From assembly GCA_964106645.2 (NCBI GenBank), contig OZ067039.1: a stretch of DNA of 64,000 nucleotides. One strand, written 5' to 3'. Below, one piece after another: positions 1 to 14,257 of the stretch. Position 1 is the stretch's first letter. Every line of letters starts with the position of its first letter. A model generated the notes under the pieces. That model saw nothing but the letters and a program-made list of their open reading frames with translations, had not been told where the DNA came from and searched no databases. The position numbers and the translations under genes were made by a program. Source of the DNA: Podarcis pityusensis (taxonomy: Eukaryota).

Positions 1-61
<61 letters not shown>

Positions 62-66
62 TGTGT
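1..66. repeat. (CT)n(GT)n compound microsatellite
   Basis: Direct reading. Confidence 0.98.
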
Positions 67-3000
67 TGTGGGCCTGAGGGAGGCATCCGCTTGGTCACAG
101 AGGTAAACAAGTGCTGTAATACGGGAGTCAGAAAATGGGTATCTTCCAACTCTCATCAGCTGCAGCCACTATAAGGAGCTGTAGTCCAATAATTGGGGGG
201 GGGGCACAGATCCCCTGCTCCTGCTGTACTAGATAGATGATTGTGCTGATTCCATAGGGACTGGGTTGAAGTCCAACAATCTGCAGAGGGTCACAAGTTC
301 CACACTGCTACTTTAGCAGAAGCTGTTAGACTCTCTGGCGAGCTGCATTTTTGCTTTCTCATGCATCTGTAATCTTTTCCTGTTTATTGGGAGGGGTTGG
401 AGTTGGGAAATCAAGTGACCTTATATAATCAAATCCAAGAGGCCAGGTGAAAATAATATTTTGGGCTACTTCAACTGATTGCAGACTGTACGGTAGAAAA
501 AAACTGCAACTGTATAAATCAGCAGTTTTAATCTTTGAAACTGCTGTTATTTATCCATGAACTAGACTGATGATGTTTATCTTGTTAGAGCGAGGGCTCC
601 ACCTATCCAAATCAAACAACCATCCATCTCATTCATTTTTCAAGAAAATAAAATGGTGCACTCATTTTTCTTTATATCATCCCATAGCAGATATATCCTT
701 TAAGGAAACAGGTACAAAACCAGCATATAACAGCCTCATTTTGCATTCTATGTATGGTCAGAATTTTAGGGCGAGAAAGATTGTAGTGTCCTCTTTACTC
801 TGACTCATGGACTAGATACAATCTGCCCCAAGAACACTTTAGGTCTTTAAAATTGCTCTTTCCTACTCAGAGCAAGAATAATAAAGGGGGGGGGGGAAAC
901 AACCTTGATTTTATTTGCTTTGCATATCACCTGCAAGACTTCACAAAAGATGAATTTCCCACATGGAAGTGACTTCTGTATAGAAAACTGCATGAAGTGC
1001 CATATATTGTTGTCATACAGGTCTTCACACAATGACCTTTATGAAACAGTACCATGGTCTTATGGAATGCAGCCCATTTTACAGCCCCAGATCCACTCAA
1101 CTCTGGTTCCTTTCTATGATGTATGTAACTCTTCCAAGAGCATACATTCATGCTATCATAGGATACCACCAAAAAGGACTTCCATGGCAGGCCAAGAGAC
1201 ATAACAACTGAATCCATGTAGGTAAAGCCATCATAGATACCAAATATCATACCTAAGGTAAAATCTTTCCCATGCAACATATTACTTCAGAAAACTATTT
1301 ATTATTGTTATTTGTATTATTAAGTGTAAAAACACTTGCAAAACAAAGTGCTGTAAAATAAAAGATAATTCCTGCATAAAACTGAAATATCAGACAAATT
1401 CTAAATTCAGGATTTGAAAATTTCCCAGAGCCAATTGATGGCTCAGGAACCAAGACAACATTTTGCAAACCATATTCACGTTTTTTAAAAAGTTATAATT
1501 GATCTAATTGATCAACAATCTTCTAAGCAGATGCCAACAGAGTCTGCTGACTTTTACTGCCTAGTTTGATTAATTCAGACTGCAAAGATAAAAAATCAGC
1601 ACATAAAACTCAAAATTGCCTCCTTTTGCGCTCTGCGTAACCTCAGGGATCTCCTCCTCTCATATGAACCAGCCTGGACCATGTGGCTGCATGTGAAGGG
1701 ACATAGTATTTTATCTTTGACTGGGACATGGTCTCTAGGATGCTTTTGGCACCTCAAGTCTATCATTGCTATGAGGCTGCTACAATCAACATGAGGTCAC
1801 CAAGGCCAAACAAGTAAACAAATTATACTAGAAGGAGTAATTTAGGCATCCTTCCACAAACAATTCCTTAAAAGTAAGAGGCATAATCTATCTCTAATGC
1901 CAAAATCAAGTCATGGATATGTAAACAGAGTTACAATTTATACTGAATCTTCAGAAGATGGAGCATTTGGTTTGCAAAGTTAGAAAACAGGGCACAAACA
2001 GTCAAACTGAAGTTAGAAGTGCATACCTTAAATGACATGCATGGAAAAAGTAAAATTATTACAAACAGAAAGAAGTGTTGTCTAATTCCACAGGAATCTG
2101 CAACTTTGGTATAAACATACTGAAAGGGCTGTTTTTAAAGAAATATAAAAGCTGTCCCAGTGTACAACAGTAAATGAAAGAAGGTTTTACTCAGTACTGG
2201 TGAGGGTGGGAAGAGAATTTGTAATTATTTTTGCCGTATATTTGCCGTATATTGAGGATGATTCAAACTGGAGAACATGAATGCAGAAGAGTAATACTTT
2301 AGACATGTTTTGAATTCTCCTTTGTAACACAGAAGAGAAGCAGAGCAACCCAATACTGCAATTGCTAAAATTATCTACCTCAAGTTATTGGAAGCTTCTG
2401 GAAACATCTGTGTAGCAAATGTTTGCTGGTTGCTCTGTTGATGTAGCAGCAACTCTACGTGCCTTCTAGGGCCTGGGGTCCTAGAAGCGGCCTGTGGATC
2501 TCTGGGCCCCTCAGAAAGTTTGAACCATGGGCCAGTGCCCCACTTGTCCCCACCCCACCCCTGCCAGCCTGTACTCTGGAGTCTAGTTCTAAATCAGTAT
2601 CTGTGACTGACCTTCAACCGTCCCAGTTCCAGTGTGGCAAATTAAGCTGCTCTTTGTCATCCTGCCTTTTAAGCTGACCAGTTTAATAGCAAATCCTATC
2701 GGGAAGCTGTGGATGGCTTTCTGCACCTTAGGGACCAGTCTTCCCCTAGTAAATGTCTCCTACCCAGCCATATCCTCAATTAGAATTCACCACATGAGTC
2801 TTGGCCATCGTAAAATGAGTTCTCCGTCCCCTGCTGTTGAACACTATTTAATGTGAATCGTGGTCACTACATGATGGCCCCCAACTGACACTGAATTGTA
2901 ACAGACAATGAAGCCACCGGGTAAGAAACTCACTGTCAGGGTACCAATCCCCTCAGCAAATATAATAATCGGAAGAGCAATTACTCCCAGTTTTTGAAGG

Positions 3001-3147
3001 GCAGAAGACTCCTTCTTCAGACTCTCTGTTTGAGAGAATATTTGACAAAACGCAGAGGCCTCTAAGGAATTTACTTCAGAATTGCCAGTTTGGAATCATT
3101 GGCTGTAAGCTGGAGGAAGTCTCGTGTGCACGCATAGACACAGACAG

Positions 3148-3150
3148 ACA

Positions 3151-3206
<56 letters not shown>
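3148..3206. repeat. (CA)n(GA)n compound microsatellite
   Basis: Direct reading. Confidence 0.98.
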
Positions 3207-3209
<3 letters not shown>

Positions 3210-4112
3210 CAGCTTACCTTACATCCTTTTCTTACTGCAACTTCATAATCCATTTAATTTCAAGATAATACTCTACAGAAGCACAGCTGCTGTGTTCTTT
3301 ACTGATTTGCTGCCTTGTTATTATTATTATTGTTATTATTATTAAAATTTGTATACTGTCCTATACCTGCAGGTCTCATAGTGGTTGCAACATAAAAACA
3401 GGATATGAAAACACAAAATACATAATAAAAACAAAAACAACCCAGTCCAAGAAATGTCATTCCCTGTAAAACTCAGCAGGGGGGCAGATGGTGGCAAAAC
3501 TAGAATATGATGACTCTACTGGTCATTGGCTCTGGTTCCACTTACTGTCGGTCTCCATGCTTTCCACCAGACCAGTGAATACCACTGTTTCTATGAGCAA
3601 CAACTCATGTCTGAGGCAACAATCTACCCTTAAGAACTTCTGAGGTAAAGCAGAACAAGAATATCCTCTGCTCAGCCAGCCCTTGCCTTCCAGGCTGCTC
3701 TAGAAACTGCTGCTAGTTAAAACCTACTCACAGGGCTGGTTGCAGTTTTTATTCACCCCACCACCACCTGAAGAAACCCCAACACATTGTTAAGCAGGTG
3801 GGTCTATGGAATGCCTATTAAAATATCCAAAATATAGATGAACTACTAGACAATGTGTACATCAAGTATAGGTGGGTTTTGCAGATGACACTGTAATGCG
3901 AAATGACACTGAAACATGTTTCTATGTGAGAGGAAAAGGAAGTTTTCTTTACAGTGGATTTCTGTTTTCTGAGTTTTCTGTACAATAGTTCTCAACGCTG
4001 GGGTGGCGCCTCTCCTTGGAGCATTGTAGGCAGGGTCAAGTTTTGATGAACAAAGATGCCTTCGCAAGGAAACAGCAGTCACTTTTTAAGGTGCCAGAGA
4101 TTTCAGACCAAA

Positions 4113-4281
4113 GGCTGTCTTTCCTTGGAGGTCTTTTTTAACCGAAGTCGGATGGCCATTTGTCAGGGATTCTTTAGCTGTGATTCCTGCACTGACATAT
4201 TGGGGACCTGAGTGAAATAAAGCCTAGCTTCACCCCTGCCTTTAGGTCCCTTCCAATTCTGCAACTCTATGATTCTATGAC
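4113..4281 (+). mobile_element. CR1 LINE 3' end fragment
   Basis: ggtcccttccaattct...(ATTCTATG)n-type tail, with upstream CR1-like ttccttggaggtcttt...ggatggccat. Confidence 0.65.
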
Positions 4282-4580
4282 TTATTTTGTGACACAACTG
4301 GGTCAGCGTAACAGAAAAAAGGAGCTGATAGCATGCTTTCTGCTGTGTTGCAGTGTCACCACAGAAGATGGTTAAAGGGTATCGTTCCAGCAATTGACTC
4401 AATAGGGTCCAAGAGGGTGTGCCTGTTCCTATTCATTGAAATACTGCCTTCTTGCATGCCGATGCATGTTAATCCTTTTCTATGTACTGATGTACATAAT
4501 CATGTGGATTAATTCGAGTGTGAAGTGGTCACAGAAATCTTGCTGCTTATTAGTGAAAATAACAGTTCAGTAACACAGCA

Positions 4581-4603
4581 TTTAATGGACTGTACAGTTT
4601 ATT
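4581..4603 (-). terminator. Candidate distal poly(A) signal cluster of GAS7 (AATAAA 4603-4598, ATTAAA 4586-4581)
   Basis: On the minus strand a U-rich region with several UGUA motifs precedes AATAAA and ATTAAA, and a GU/U-rich tract (tgctgtgttactgaactgttatttt) follows. Not confirmed by transcript data. Confidence 0.45.
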
Positions 4604-7600
4604 TTACATGAGATGAGACAAAGCTTTTCAAGTGCATAATACAAACTTGCTAAAATAGAGGAAAGTACAAAGTTTATGGAAATGTTTGTACATAAGACGG
4701 GGGGAAAAATGTATAGCAAATACCTTCAACATTTAAGGGCTAGATCTGTAAATGGAGTAAATCAGTGCAACTCCAGTGATATTAACATTTAGGAGACATA
4801 CCTGAACTGACAACAAGGCCCTTAAATTTTAACGAGTATTTATTTACCTCTTCAGCTGCAGTGTTTTAGTCATACAATTGCATGGGACAAAAAAGCCACA
4901 TTAACAGTTTTCACAATGATTAAAGGCTCACTGCTGTTATTGATACACAGAGCTTACAGTAGAATTAAGTTTTTAAATGTCTAGTCAGCCCAAAAATCTG
5001 CAGCTAAGTATTATTACAAAGTTCAAAGCCATTACTGCTGGTAGAGGACACATTTGACTGTAAAAATTTAGAAAGTGTTTAGTAAAAGGTACAGGATAAA
5101 AAGACGAGATACACAATGCCATTTTTAAAAATCTCTTTTAAAAAAAACTGTTTTGGGGAGAGCTAGTTGCTGGCCAGATCTGCCCTCCAAATTTATTATA
5201 TCTGCAAAACTGAATTGTGCACTTTCAATTTACTCATGGATGGTAAAAACAAATACATTGTGAATTTGCTTATCCATATAGCCTGTGATAAGCCTACAGT
5301 GTTTGGAAACACAAGTTTTGATAACAGGGAGTGTTGCTTTCATAAGGCTACTCTGACATGGGAGGCACACAGTGAATTCAGATTCACTGGGAAAATAGAC
5401 AAGCAAATGCAGGTAACAGAAATTTCAGTGTACACCAATTTTGGAAAGGAACACAAGGATATATTTGCCAGAAATCAAAGTCAACAATCACAGTTAAGGA
5501 TGTTTAAGGCTGCAATCCTATGCACATATCTTGGGAAAACTTCCTTCTGAGTAAATCGGCATAAACTGCAAACTCCATTGATTGCAACCAATTCACTTTG
5601 CTATTCATTAGATTGTAGCCACCTTCACTTCCTTGCTCTGCAATAAACATTATTGCTACTACATAGACATGATGAATTGGGTACTCAAACACTGAAGGTA
5701 GTCTTGAGTTTTTCCGTTAACCGTATTCAATGCACATTAGGGTCAACCGATTTAAAAATATTGACAGAGTGAAATTACTACTGTCTACAAACCCCAAACA
5801 TCCAAAAGGTTCATTACAATTTCCATTAAAAGCATCCTCTTCACTTGCAATGCTTATGTAACAGAACCACTAGAGAAGAACATCAGTTTGAAACGAATGC
5901 TGCCAAACTTGGAATCATTCTGCTTAAATGTTACTGGGCACTCGCTCAAAACTTGGCACAACCTGGGGCAAAAAAGGCCCTGCACCACTTTTTCAAGGAG
6001 TGTTATGTGATTTTCCACTAGCATTAATACTGTAAAAAATTCTATATTAAAAGTGGACTATATTAAGAGTGGACCATGAGTTCAGAAATGTAAAATCTAA
6101 TAATCTGAGGTGGATTTGTAATCTCTAAAATATTATTTTGCTGTTGGTATTCAAAATGCCCAAACTGGTTGTGCTTTAGACTTACAGCAAGATCTTGCTG
6201 GAGTTTACTTGTGATAAGAGCAGCAAAGGAAAATAACTCCCCCCCCCCAAAAAAAAATTCCAGATTGAGTATTTGAACACAACTGAAAATATGTCTGTTC
6301 TTTACATCTCTTCTAGATTAAAACCAATCTTATCCAAGATATTTCAACTTAATATAAGTTGGGGGGGGGATTTTCTATTTCTCTTCATTTCCAATTCTCT
6401 ATGCTTCCAAAACATTGGCCTTCCTGCCGCCGCCCCCTCCAAATAAGGTTCTTCTTATTTTTTTATTTTTACATGGTCCAAACGTTAGAATAAGAGCATT
6501 TAGCTAGATTTCAACAGTATTTGGCACCGTGGAGTGCATAAGGACTAAGAAAGTATCGGCAAGATATGTATCTTGCTGAAATCAATGGCATACCATTGGT
6601 TTTCTGGATCACACCATAAACAAACCAAGACAGCTGAGCAGAGAACACATCATAGAAAGGAGCCACCATATCACAATGAATTATGTAGAACACACAGCAG
6701 AGGCTCAAGACAGGCTTGCTGTAAAGTAAATTTCCAAGCACTTTAAAAAAATTGTAGTTACCTAAATCGACTTTTTAAAAAAGTATCTGTACCAATCCTG
6801 ATAGCAGGTGGAAGGTTTTCAGGAGGCATAAGGACAAAACCCCAACTTGGAAATCTGACAAAAATTGTTGTCTGAAATTAGACCACAGCGAAGTATTCTG
6901 ATGCATGTATGAGTGGGCACAGAATGAATGGACATCAAACTAAACATCAGGAAGACTCACTGCCATGTAAGTTGAAGTCCCAGTCATATGGGAATGTCAA
7001 GTTTTGGGGTGCAGTGTTCTTTGTTTCATAGCAATTATGGGATAAAAGAACTTATTGTCTTGCTCCGCAATGAACAAATGCCGCAAGACTCTCAAAACAT
7101 CACCTTAACAGACGTACACAACCATTAGTTCTACAAACACATTGGTTGACTTGCTTATACGAAAAGTGAAGGAAACTAGAGTCACACAAAGTCAAGCAGG
7201 AGAACCCCATGCAAGATCAGCAAAATGTAAAATACATGCAGTGCCACCTCCAGGCACAGTGTATGGTTACATAATGCTAAATGTGAGCGTGTACACTAGT
7301 CAAATTGCTGGGAACCTTATAAGTTTTTGCCTGCCAGATGCAACTGCATGCTATGCCTTTGAGGTTTTTAAAAAATCCACTGTAACACATCTTAGTTACT
7401 AGGTATTGTGATTTACGGACAGGATCTGAGAGACAACACCTTTGGTGCAAGTACTGATAGAGCACAATCAGTTCCGAGTTCATGCAACCAACGAATGTTC
7501 ACTGTTGGAGACATACTGAGCTCAAGGTATTAGACTGGACAAAGTCTACTTATTTACACTATTCACATATCTTTATCCACATTATATACACAAGTACTGA

Positions 7601-9114
7601 CACTCCTAAATCAAGGCCATATCTGCACTACAGATTTCAACCTGTCTGACAGTCGTCATTCACTCTTCCTAGGTAAGCCTGGGAACTGTACTTCTGAGGT
7701 GACGACTAGATATAGCTCTAACAGAGAATTCGCCATAATTTCACCCAACTATACTTTCCAGGACTCTTTGGAAGAAGATATCACTTTTAAACTAGCACGA
7801 CAAAATCACTATTAGTTTCTAATGGAAATATGTACCATGTGTAGAAGCTTCCCACTCAACACTTCCCAATGAGGGATTATTTTAGATGCTTGATGCCACC
7901 TCCACAACTGTTGTTGCAGCTATGGGGGCGAAAATCCTTGCAAGATGCATATTTTGTTATTTCCCTGCTTGATAACAAATCTGGGGCATCATGGATACAT
8001 CTGTGCTACACTTCCCTATGCCCCACTGTATCGTATAGTAATAGCCTAGTCAGCCTCTAAATTCTATAGGTCTGCTGAATTAATTTGTAAGCAAAAAAAA
8101 AAAGTGGGGGGGGGGGATCAAAAGGGAGCTTATGATCAGCAACTGCCAAACAAACTTAGATCAGTTATCAGTATCCTGAGAGTCTCATGCCATGTAGCTG
8201 TGCAAGCTAAATCTACACGAAGTTTTAAGAATCATTTTGCCCCTCGCTCCTTTCAAAATGGTTGCCTGCTCATTTCATCAGATGTTCTTTTGTCCTTGTA
8301 TTCTCAGGTTCGTGCCCTTATGCCCACCTGTCACATTTCCCCCTACTCCCACCTTTTAAAGATGGAAATGTAAGCCCTTTTGTGCTCATAGCCATCCTTA
8401 CGATGGCACTTCTGTGCTGTTTTCACATCAGAGCCGGGCTAATAATGGAACACTGGATCAGAATGCAGCTGTGAAGGCAGCCCAAGTAGCATTGCTAAGC
8501 AAAGCCTAGAACAAGTCTGCAGAAAATAGCAGAAAAGTTTGCTTTCCCTTCCCATTTCACACTATACAGAGGCCGGGCAGCTGGCAAAATTCTGAACTGG
8601 ATGTAGGAAAAAGTACACAACAGAACAACAGATGTATGAGAAGGAATTCAGAATTTTAATGATGACTTCATCCCTGTTGTAGGGGAGGGAAGGGGGTGGG
8701 GAAATAAAAAATAGAAGGATGACTGTAGAGAACTTGAGCTTCTCCACAGTTCACAAAATTGAGCTTATGGACGATATACTCTGAAAGCATACGGAATAGT
8801 CCTGAATGGCTAAAAATACCAGGGCAGGCATTGAATTTAGCAGGGATTTAGCAGGTCTTGCTTAGGAGGCCTTGCGTTTATGAAAACATTGCAACCTTAA
8901 TAAACAATAATACTAACTATGGAGTAAGCCCTACTTTACAAAGGGCTTACTTCTGAGTAAATGCATAGATTTGTTCTGTAAAAGATTACATCTAGCAGCG
9001 AGAGTAAAGCTATGTCTTAGGAACAGGTGGCATACAAAACTGGTATGTCCCTGAATAAAGTCAATGAGATTCTACAACAATTATGAAGAGACAGGTGCCC
9101 CAGCAGAATAAAGG

Positions 9115-9139
9115 GTGTGTGTGTGTGTGTGTGTGTGTG
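9115..9139. repeat. (GT)n microsatellite
   Basis: Direct reading. Confidence 0.95.
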
Positions 9140-12100
9140 AAATATAGCAGCAGCAGATGGCTACACAAGGATGTCTGGCATGGAAGATAAGCACTGTGCT
9201 TAGGTTTTATTCATAAACTACGGATCATCTTTTAACTTACTGGGCTGTATTCAATTACAGCATCCCATCAGATCAAGGATTTCCACTTGTACAATGGGTG
9301 TTCTCCCCTCCCTGCCATGCCCTCCCCAAATCTGCTCAAGATCACTGGGGGGACCCCAAGAACAGATTTATGGGATGTACAGTGGAAGGAGAGTGGAGAA
9401 CATTCTGTTGCACAAAGAGAAAACTTTGTACAGGAAGAACAAGATGCAGAGCACAATGTTGGATTCCACCCAATGGGGGGGGGCATTTTTGGATTTGCAC
9501 ATAAGAAAATAAATATGTATTTTATCAAAGTACATCCAGCTTTTTTCCCCCTTTAATTTTTTTGGGGGGGGCCCAAGAGAGTGGGGCCCTAAGCTATAGC
9601 TTTTTTAGTTTATATGTAAATCTGGCACTGCCCACAAAGCACATGCCTACTTCCTTTCCAATTGTAATTCCACTCTTTTTGTTACTGCAGGGTAATAGGA
9701 AAGGGCGTCAAATTCAAAAGGTGCCAAATTACACCAGTGGCTGGAAAGGAAGAATCGTGAGCGCCTGAGTAAGAGTGTGAACCTGATTATACCTTTTCAC
9801 TTTGGTCCTGTGGGTATTGATTGCTTGTCCCACACCTCCTGATGTCATATGCCAAACTCCAAACTACTCCACAACTCAAATGGGGAGACGCCTGGCAGGC
9901 CTAATCAGCTCTGTGGGTCAGAGGACCCCCACCACTGGCGAACACAGATTTGCATCTGGATATGCTCAGAGTTCCTGTTATAGTAACTGCCCAATGGCTT
10001 GCAGATTTGTTAAGTCCCCAAACTGTGCTTAGGAGTGTTTATTTTATTTTAAGCTGATTATCTCTTAGAGCACACTTTTTCCAGAAAAGAAACTGGAGAT
10101 GTTAGAAAGACATCCCCATAGAGCAATAAAACTCTCCTATGTGAAACTGGAAAACTGAACAAATCAGTTAGGACTTATTTCATATTGTTGAGTGTTGGCA
10201 AGTGTATAAGCCATGAGCACTGTGTGTTAAAATGACATTGAGATTAAGCAGCTAGAAAACAGATGCAACAAAAATTGGCTGTTCATGAATGGCTAATCTA
10301 ATGAAAATTCAAGTTAAATATGAACTGATATAAAAGAAGAACCTGAAGCGTGAATGGCACTTGCGAACCATCTCATGACTGCAAGTCATATAACAAATGT
10401 CATTTTTTAAAATATAAAAATAGTAGGAATGTGATCAATAGCACCCAGAAAGCAAGGACATCCAGTGAGAACACTGAGATGGCACAGGAGTTTAACAGAG
10501 GCAACGAGGTTTTGAACTTCAATTAAAGAGAAAGAACATCACAAAATTGGCATGCTGAACTTTTTTTGTTGGTCTCCTTTTAAAAGAGCATTATCATTTG
10601 AACAGCTCTCTCCTTTTAAATTTTGAGCCCATAAGTTTAGATGAGAATGAAGCACAAATCATAAAGCAGTACAGCAAAGAAAGTTTCTGAGGACAAGCCT
10701 GAGTAGAAACATGTTACACATAAAATGGCTGTCTGGTTATGGTGAAATGGTTGGGTGTAATGCTGTGATTGTTTCCCCCGAAAGGCTTTCTTAAGTCATG
10801 AAAAGCAACCATCCATTGCATCAGGTTAGGCAGAGAACCAGAAGAGCAAAGAAAGAGGCCATTTAATCTGTTCCTTGCCAACTAATTGTCTATTCAGGAT
10901 TTGCAAATCGGGGGCAAGGAAAGGGCTCAACAACCCCTTCTCCCGCTCTGCTTGCCCCTTCCTCTGTTTGAAGCCACCTATATCTACTTTACATGGCAAA
11001 AGAGAGCTTTAAGGAGAACAAGGAAGGAGAAATGAGGATGTTAGAGGGTAGTACTAATGGCTTGAACCTAATGGAACCGGCTACTCAAATCTTAGAACTC
11101 AGTGGGTGCCACTTGGTGCAAGACAGAAATTTTAAAGTGCGAACAGGCTGTATCAGCCCAGAAGAAAAAGGGAATCTGGCATATAAAAATAGCAAAAGAA
11201 ACAAACAAACCTAGCACAAGCATATTACCAATTACCTTATAGATCTGCCACATTATAAAAAGAGACTTCCAAATCAGTATATAATCTTTAGCAACGTCTG
11301 GGAGAGCTTGCTTTAAATGAGGTGGCTCCTCAAAGTAAAATTGGTAGTGCAGAGTGCAATGTGATACCTGCAGACTCTGAAGAAAAAAGGAGAAAGACAC
11401 CAGAAACATGGAGAGGGAGGATAATGGGTAGGTCACTACAGAACATAGAAAAATGAGACAATTCTTATTTGGTGCAAAGCAGCAGACACAAGAGAACAAA
11501 ATCTGTCAGGTGCTGTTGAGTATTTATGGAGAAATTGCTTAAAATATATTTTGAGAGATGGTCTGTTATTTTTCACAATTTGTGTGGGCAGTTTCACTTA
11601 TGTTGGCTGATACCTGAGAACACACGTGAAGGAAAATGAGAGGACAAGGTCTTTATCATGCAGGAGCAGACTGCTAAACAGTGACAAGAGAGAAGGCCAG
11701 GAAAAGGTAAGTGAGGGATGCTCCAGACAATGGCAAGCTGGTTGAAGGATGCACAGAATATGGAAATATGACTCTGGTTTTCAAAACAGGAAGAAGAATT
11801 GAACGGATGCCTTGGAAATCTTTTTAATGCTGGGATGTGTCCAAGTCTCAATTTCCCCACACATACCAACAGGATAAATCGTTCTTTTTGCAACCTTGAT
11901 GGTCAGTTTCTTGGGGGTAGAAAGATGAAATGTGTTTCCTATTAGAAACCTGATGTTACACAGAAAGAGGAAAAAATGATATTTCACTGGAAGTAAAGCA
12001 AGGGAAGAGTACGCAAGAATGATCAAATTAGCTGAAGTTGTGTTATAATTTATGGGGATAGTTTGCTTGACAGCACCAAACAAAACAAATGTCTCCTCTC

Positions 12101-14143
12101 CCACCTACACCTCAACCCACCCAGGCCAAAGTGAGCTCATGGAACTCCACTTATCTGCAACACCTATCATCATTCAAAAAATAAAAACATTTATTCAGTG
12201 ATTATGAGAAATCTAGTCATAGTACAGACTTAGGCATTCCAGTAAAAAGAATATTGGAATACTCAGGAATGACATAAAGGGCTATCTGCTCCTCACATTT
12301 GCTTATGACAGCTGATCAAACAAAACACTTGGCAGTATGAGGAACGAAAAGAGATCTGATAAACTCAGAGGGGAAATATTTGTTCTGTATAAATACCAAG
12401 GCAAGACAAGGCAAGACAAACGAAGAAAAAAGAGGGACAAAGAACACCGTGGTTCTTCTCCAACAGTTCTCAACATTTGGGACCTCAGGATCCATTGGGT
12501 CCATCGTCATTCACAAAAAGAGCTGCACTTCAGAATGTTAGCTTCAGAATGCATATTTGGCCGGATTTATACAATCGTTTCTAATTTACTTGTGTTGATT
12601 TTTGGCTATCACAGCATGTTGGGAGCTACATGGAACTCGGTCTTCTGAAAAGGTTTAACACAGACTGAATTCCTTGTTTTAAAATGGCTGCCATGATGGA
12701 GGAGTTCAGCAACCAAAGGCCTGTTAAAACCTCCCCAAAGAGCAGGTCCCACTTGAATGTTGCTGTGGCGTGACGCAACCAGAGAGCAATTGGATAAATC
12801 CACCTTTTGGGTAACTCATGTCTGAGGTAAGATACATTAGCTAGGAAGTTCTGCCATCTATATAGTCTGTAAACTTGTAAGTTATTTGGTGGAAAGTAAA
12901 GCTCAAGCAATGCCTTAATTAATTTGATTTGGCTACAATCTTTCAAGGGAAGCATTCAAAAAGTTCTTTGAAGACTACAGCATCAGGGTCCTAATCACTG
13001 TAGCCTTATTATCTATTCAATGGAGGACATCATTTTCTTCTGGAGAGTGCTGATAAATGTGTGCAATTCTCAGAACATTTCCTCAGGAATTGTCCCTGGC
13101 AAAGTCAAGGAGACCATGGGTGGGATTCATTGTCACGCTGTTACAAATGTTCTGCCTACACAAGCATATCAGCTTGCCAGATGGAACAATCCCCCCCTCC
13201 CACCGTGTTTTTCTGGGGGGCCCTCCTGCCTCCCAAGAACCAAATTTTGGGGGGTGCAGGAGGAGGAGATGGGGGTAAAGCCCTGCTGTAAAGCAGAAGC
13301 CCTCCTGCAGGGCTTCCACTGATAGGGTTTATTAGATGAATCCCACCCATTCAGAGTAAGTGGCTTGTGGACTACAGTCAGTGAGTACCTGAGAGGGTAT
13401 ATAAAGAAGGACCAACCTTTTCATAAGGTCACCAGACCTATTACCTCATTTTCTTTTGTACTGAAAAAGACACAATTTAACAGATGGCCTCACAACAGCA
13501 GTCTGCAGTCATGGGAGTCAGGATTTGCTAAAAAATACATATTGTACAGGCTTTACTGTTATCCTCACAACACCCCTGTGAGGTAGGTTAGATTTATGAA
13601 TGCCATTTCATAAATTGTAAAGGGAGGACAGGAGCATTTTCCTCACCCCCCCCCTTTCCATCCAATTAAGTGGCAATATTCAGGAAGATCTCACTCCTTC
13701 CAGAGTCGTGTTCAAATTCACCAGTCTCGTTTGTTTGACAGAGGCATATTGTGTCTTAGCATTGCTGTACAAACAGAGCATCATGCAAGGGGAGTAGCAT
13801 GAGATAGTCAATCACAATTGAATAGCAAAACTCTCTTTGTACCAGAAAACAACCCCTGCAGCTTATCACGAGTGCAGCAACTTCTTGGCTGCTGATAGCC
13901 AATTTTTGAAAAGAAGTATAAAGCGTGGCTTCTCAAACCTGGAATGTTCGATGTTTAAGGCAAAGCACAACAGGAAATGAAATAATGATCAAACATGACA
14001 GAAATAGTCCCTACAGGCAATAATAAATATATAAGGAAGCTGACAGCAGAACGTCTCTCTTTTCCCTACTCCTGAGGCTTTACAGAACTCTCTCGAACAT
14101 GGCTGAGACAAGGAGCCCACCACTTACAACCAGCAACAGCAGT

Positions 14144-14257
14144 CTATATCTCCATATCCACGGGTCTGATATTACCGGTTTTGTGTTCTTTTACCCACAG
14201 TTCCCTGTCTTTGGCTGGATCCACTTTCTGAAGCAACTGATCCACGGGTTCTACTGT
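14144..14257 (-). CDS. GAS7: GAS7 last coding exon: TVEPVDQLLQKVDPAKDRELWVKEHKTGNIRPVDMEI*
   Basis: Characteristic GAS7 C-terminus ...RPVDMEI. Acceptor tctttcag, TAG stop at 14146-14144. Confidence 0.97.
   Translation of the reverse strand, partial: TVEPVDQLLQKVDPAKDRELWVKEHKTGNIRPVDMEI

Noticed and set aside
927-1280. 117-aa ATG-initiated minus-strand ORF as a novel gene or RCVRN exon
   Set aside because: No EF-hand or myristoylation motif and no recognisable homology. Composition is consistent with a chance ORF.
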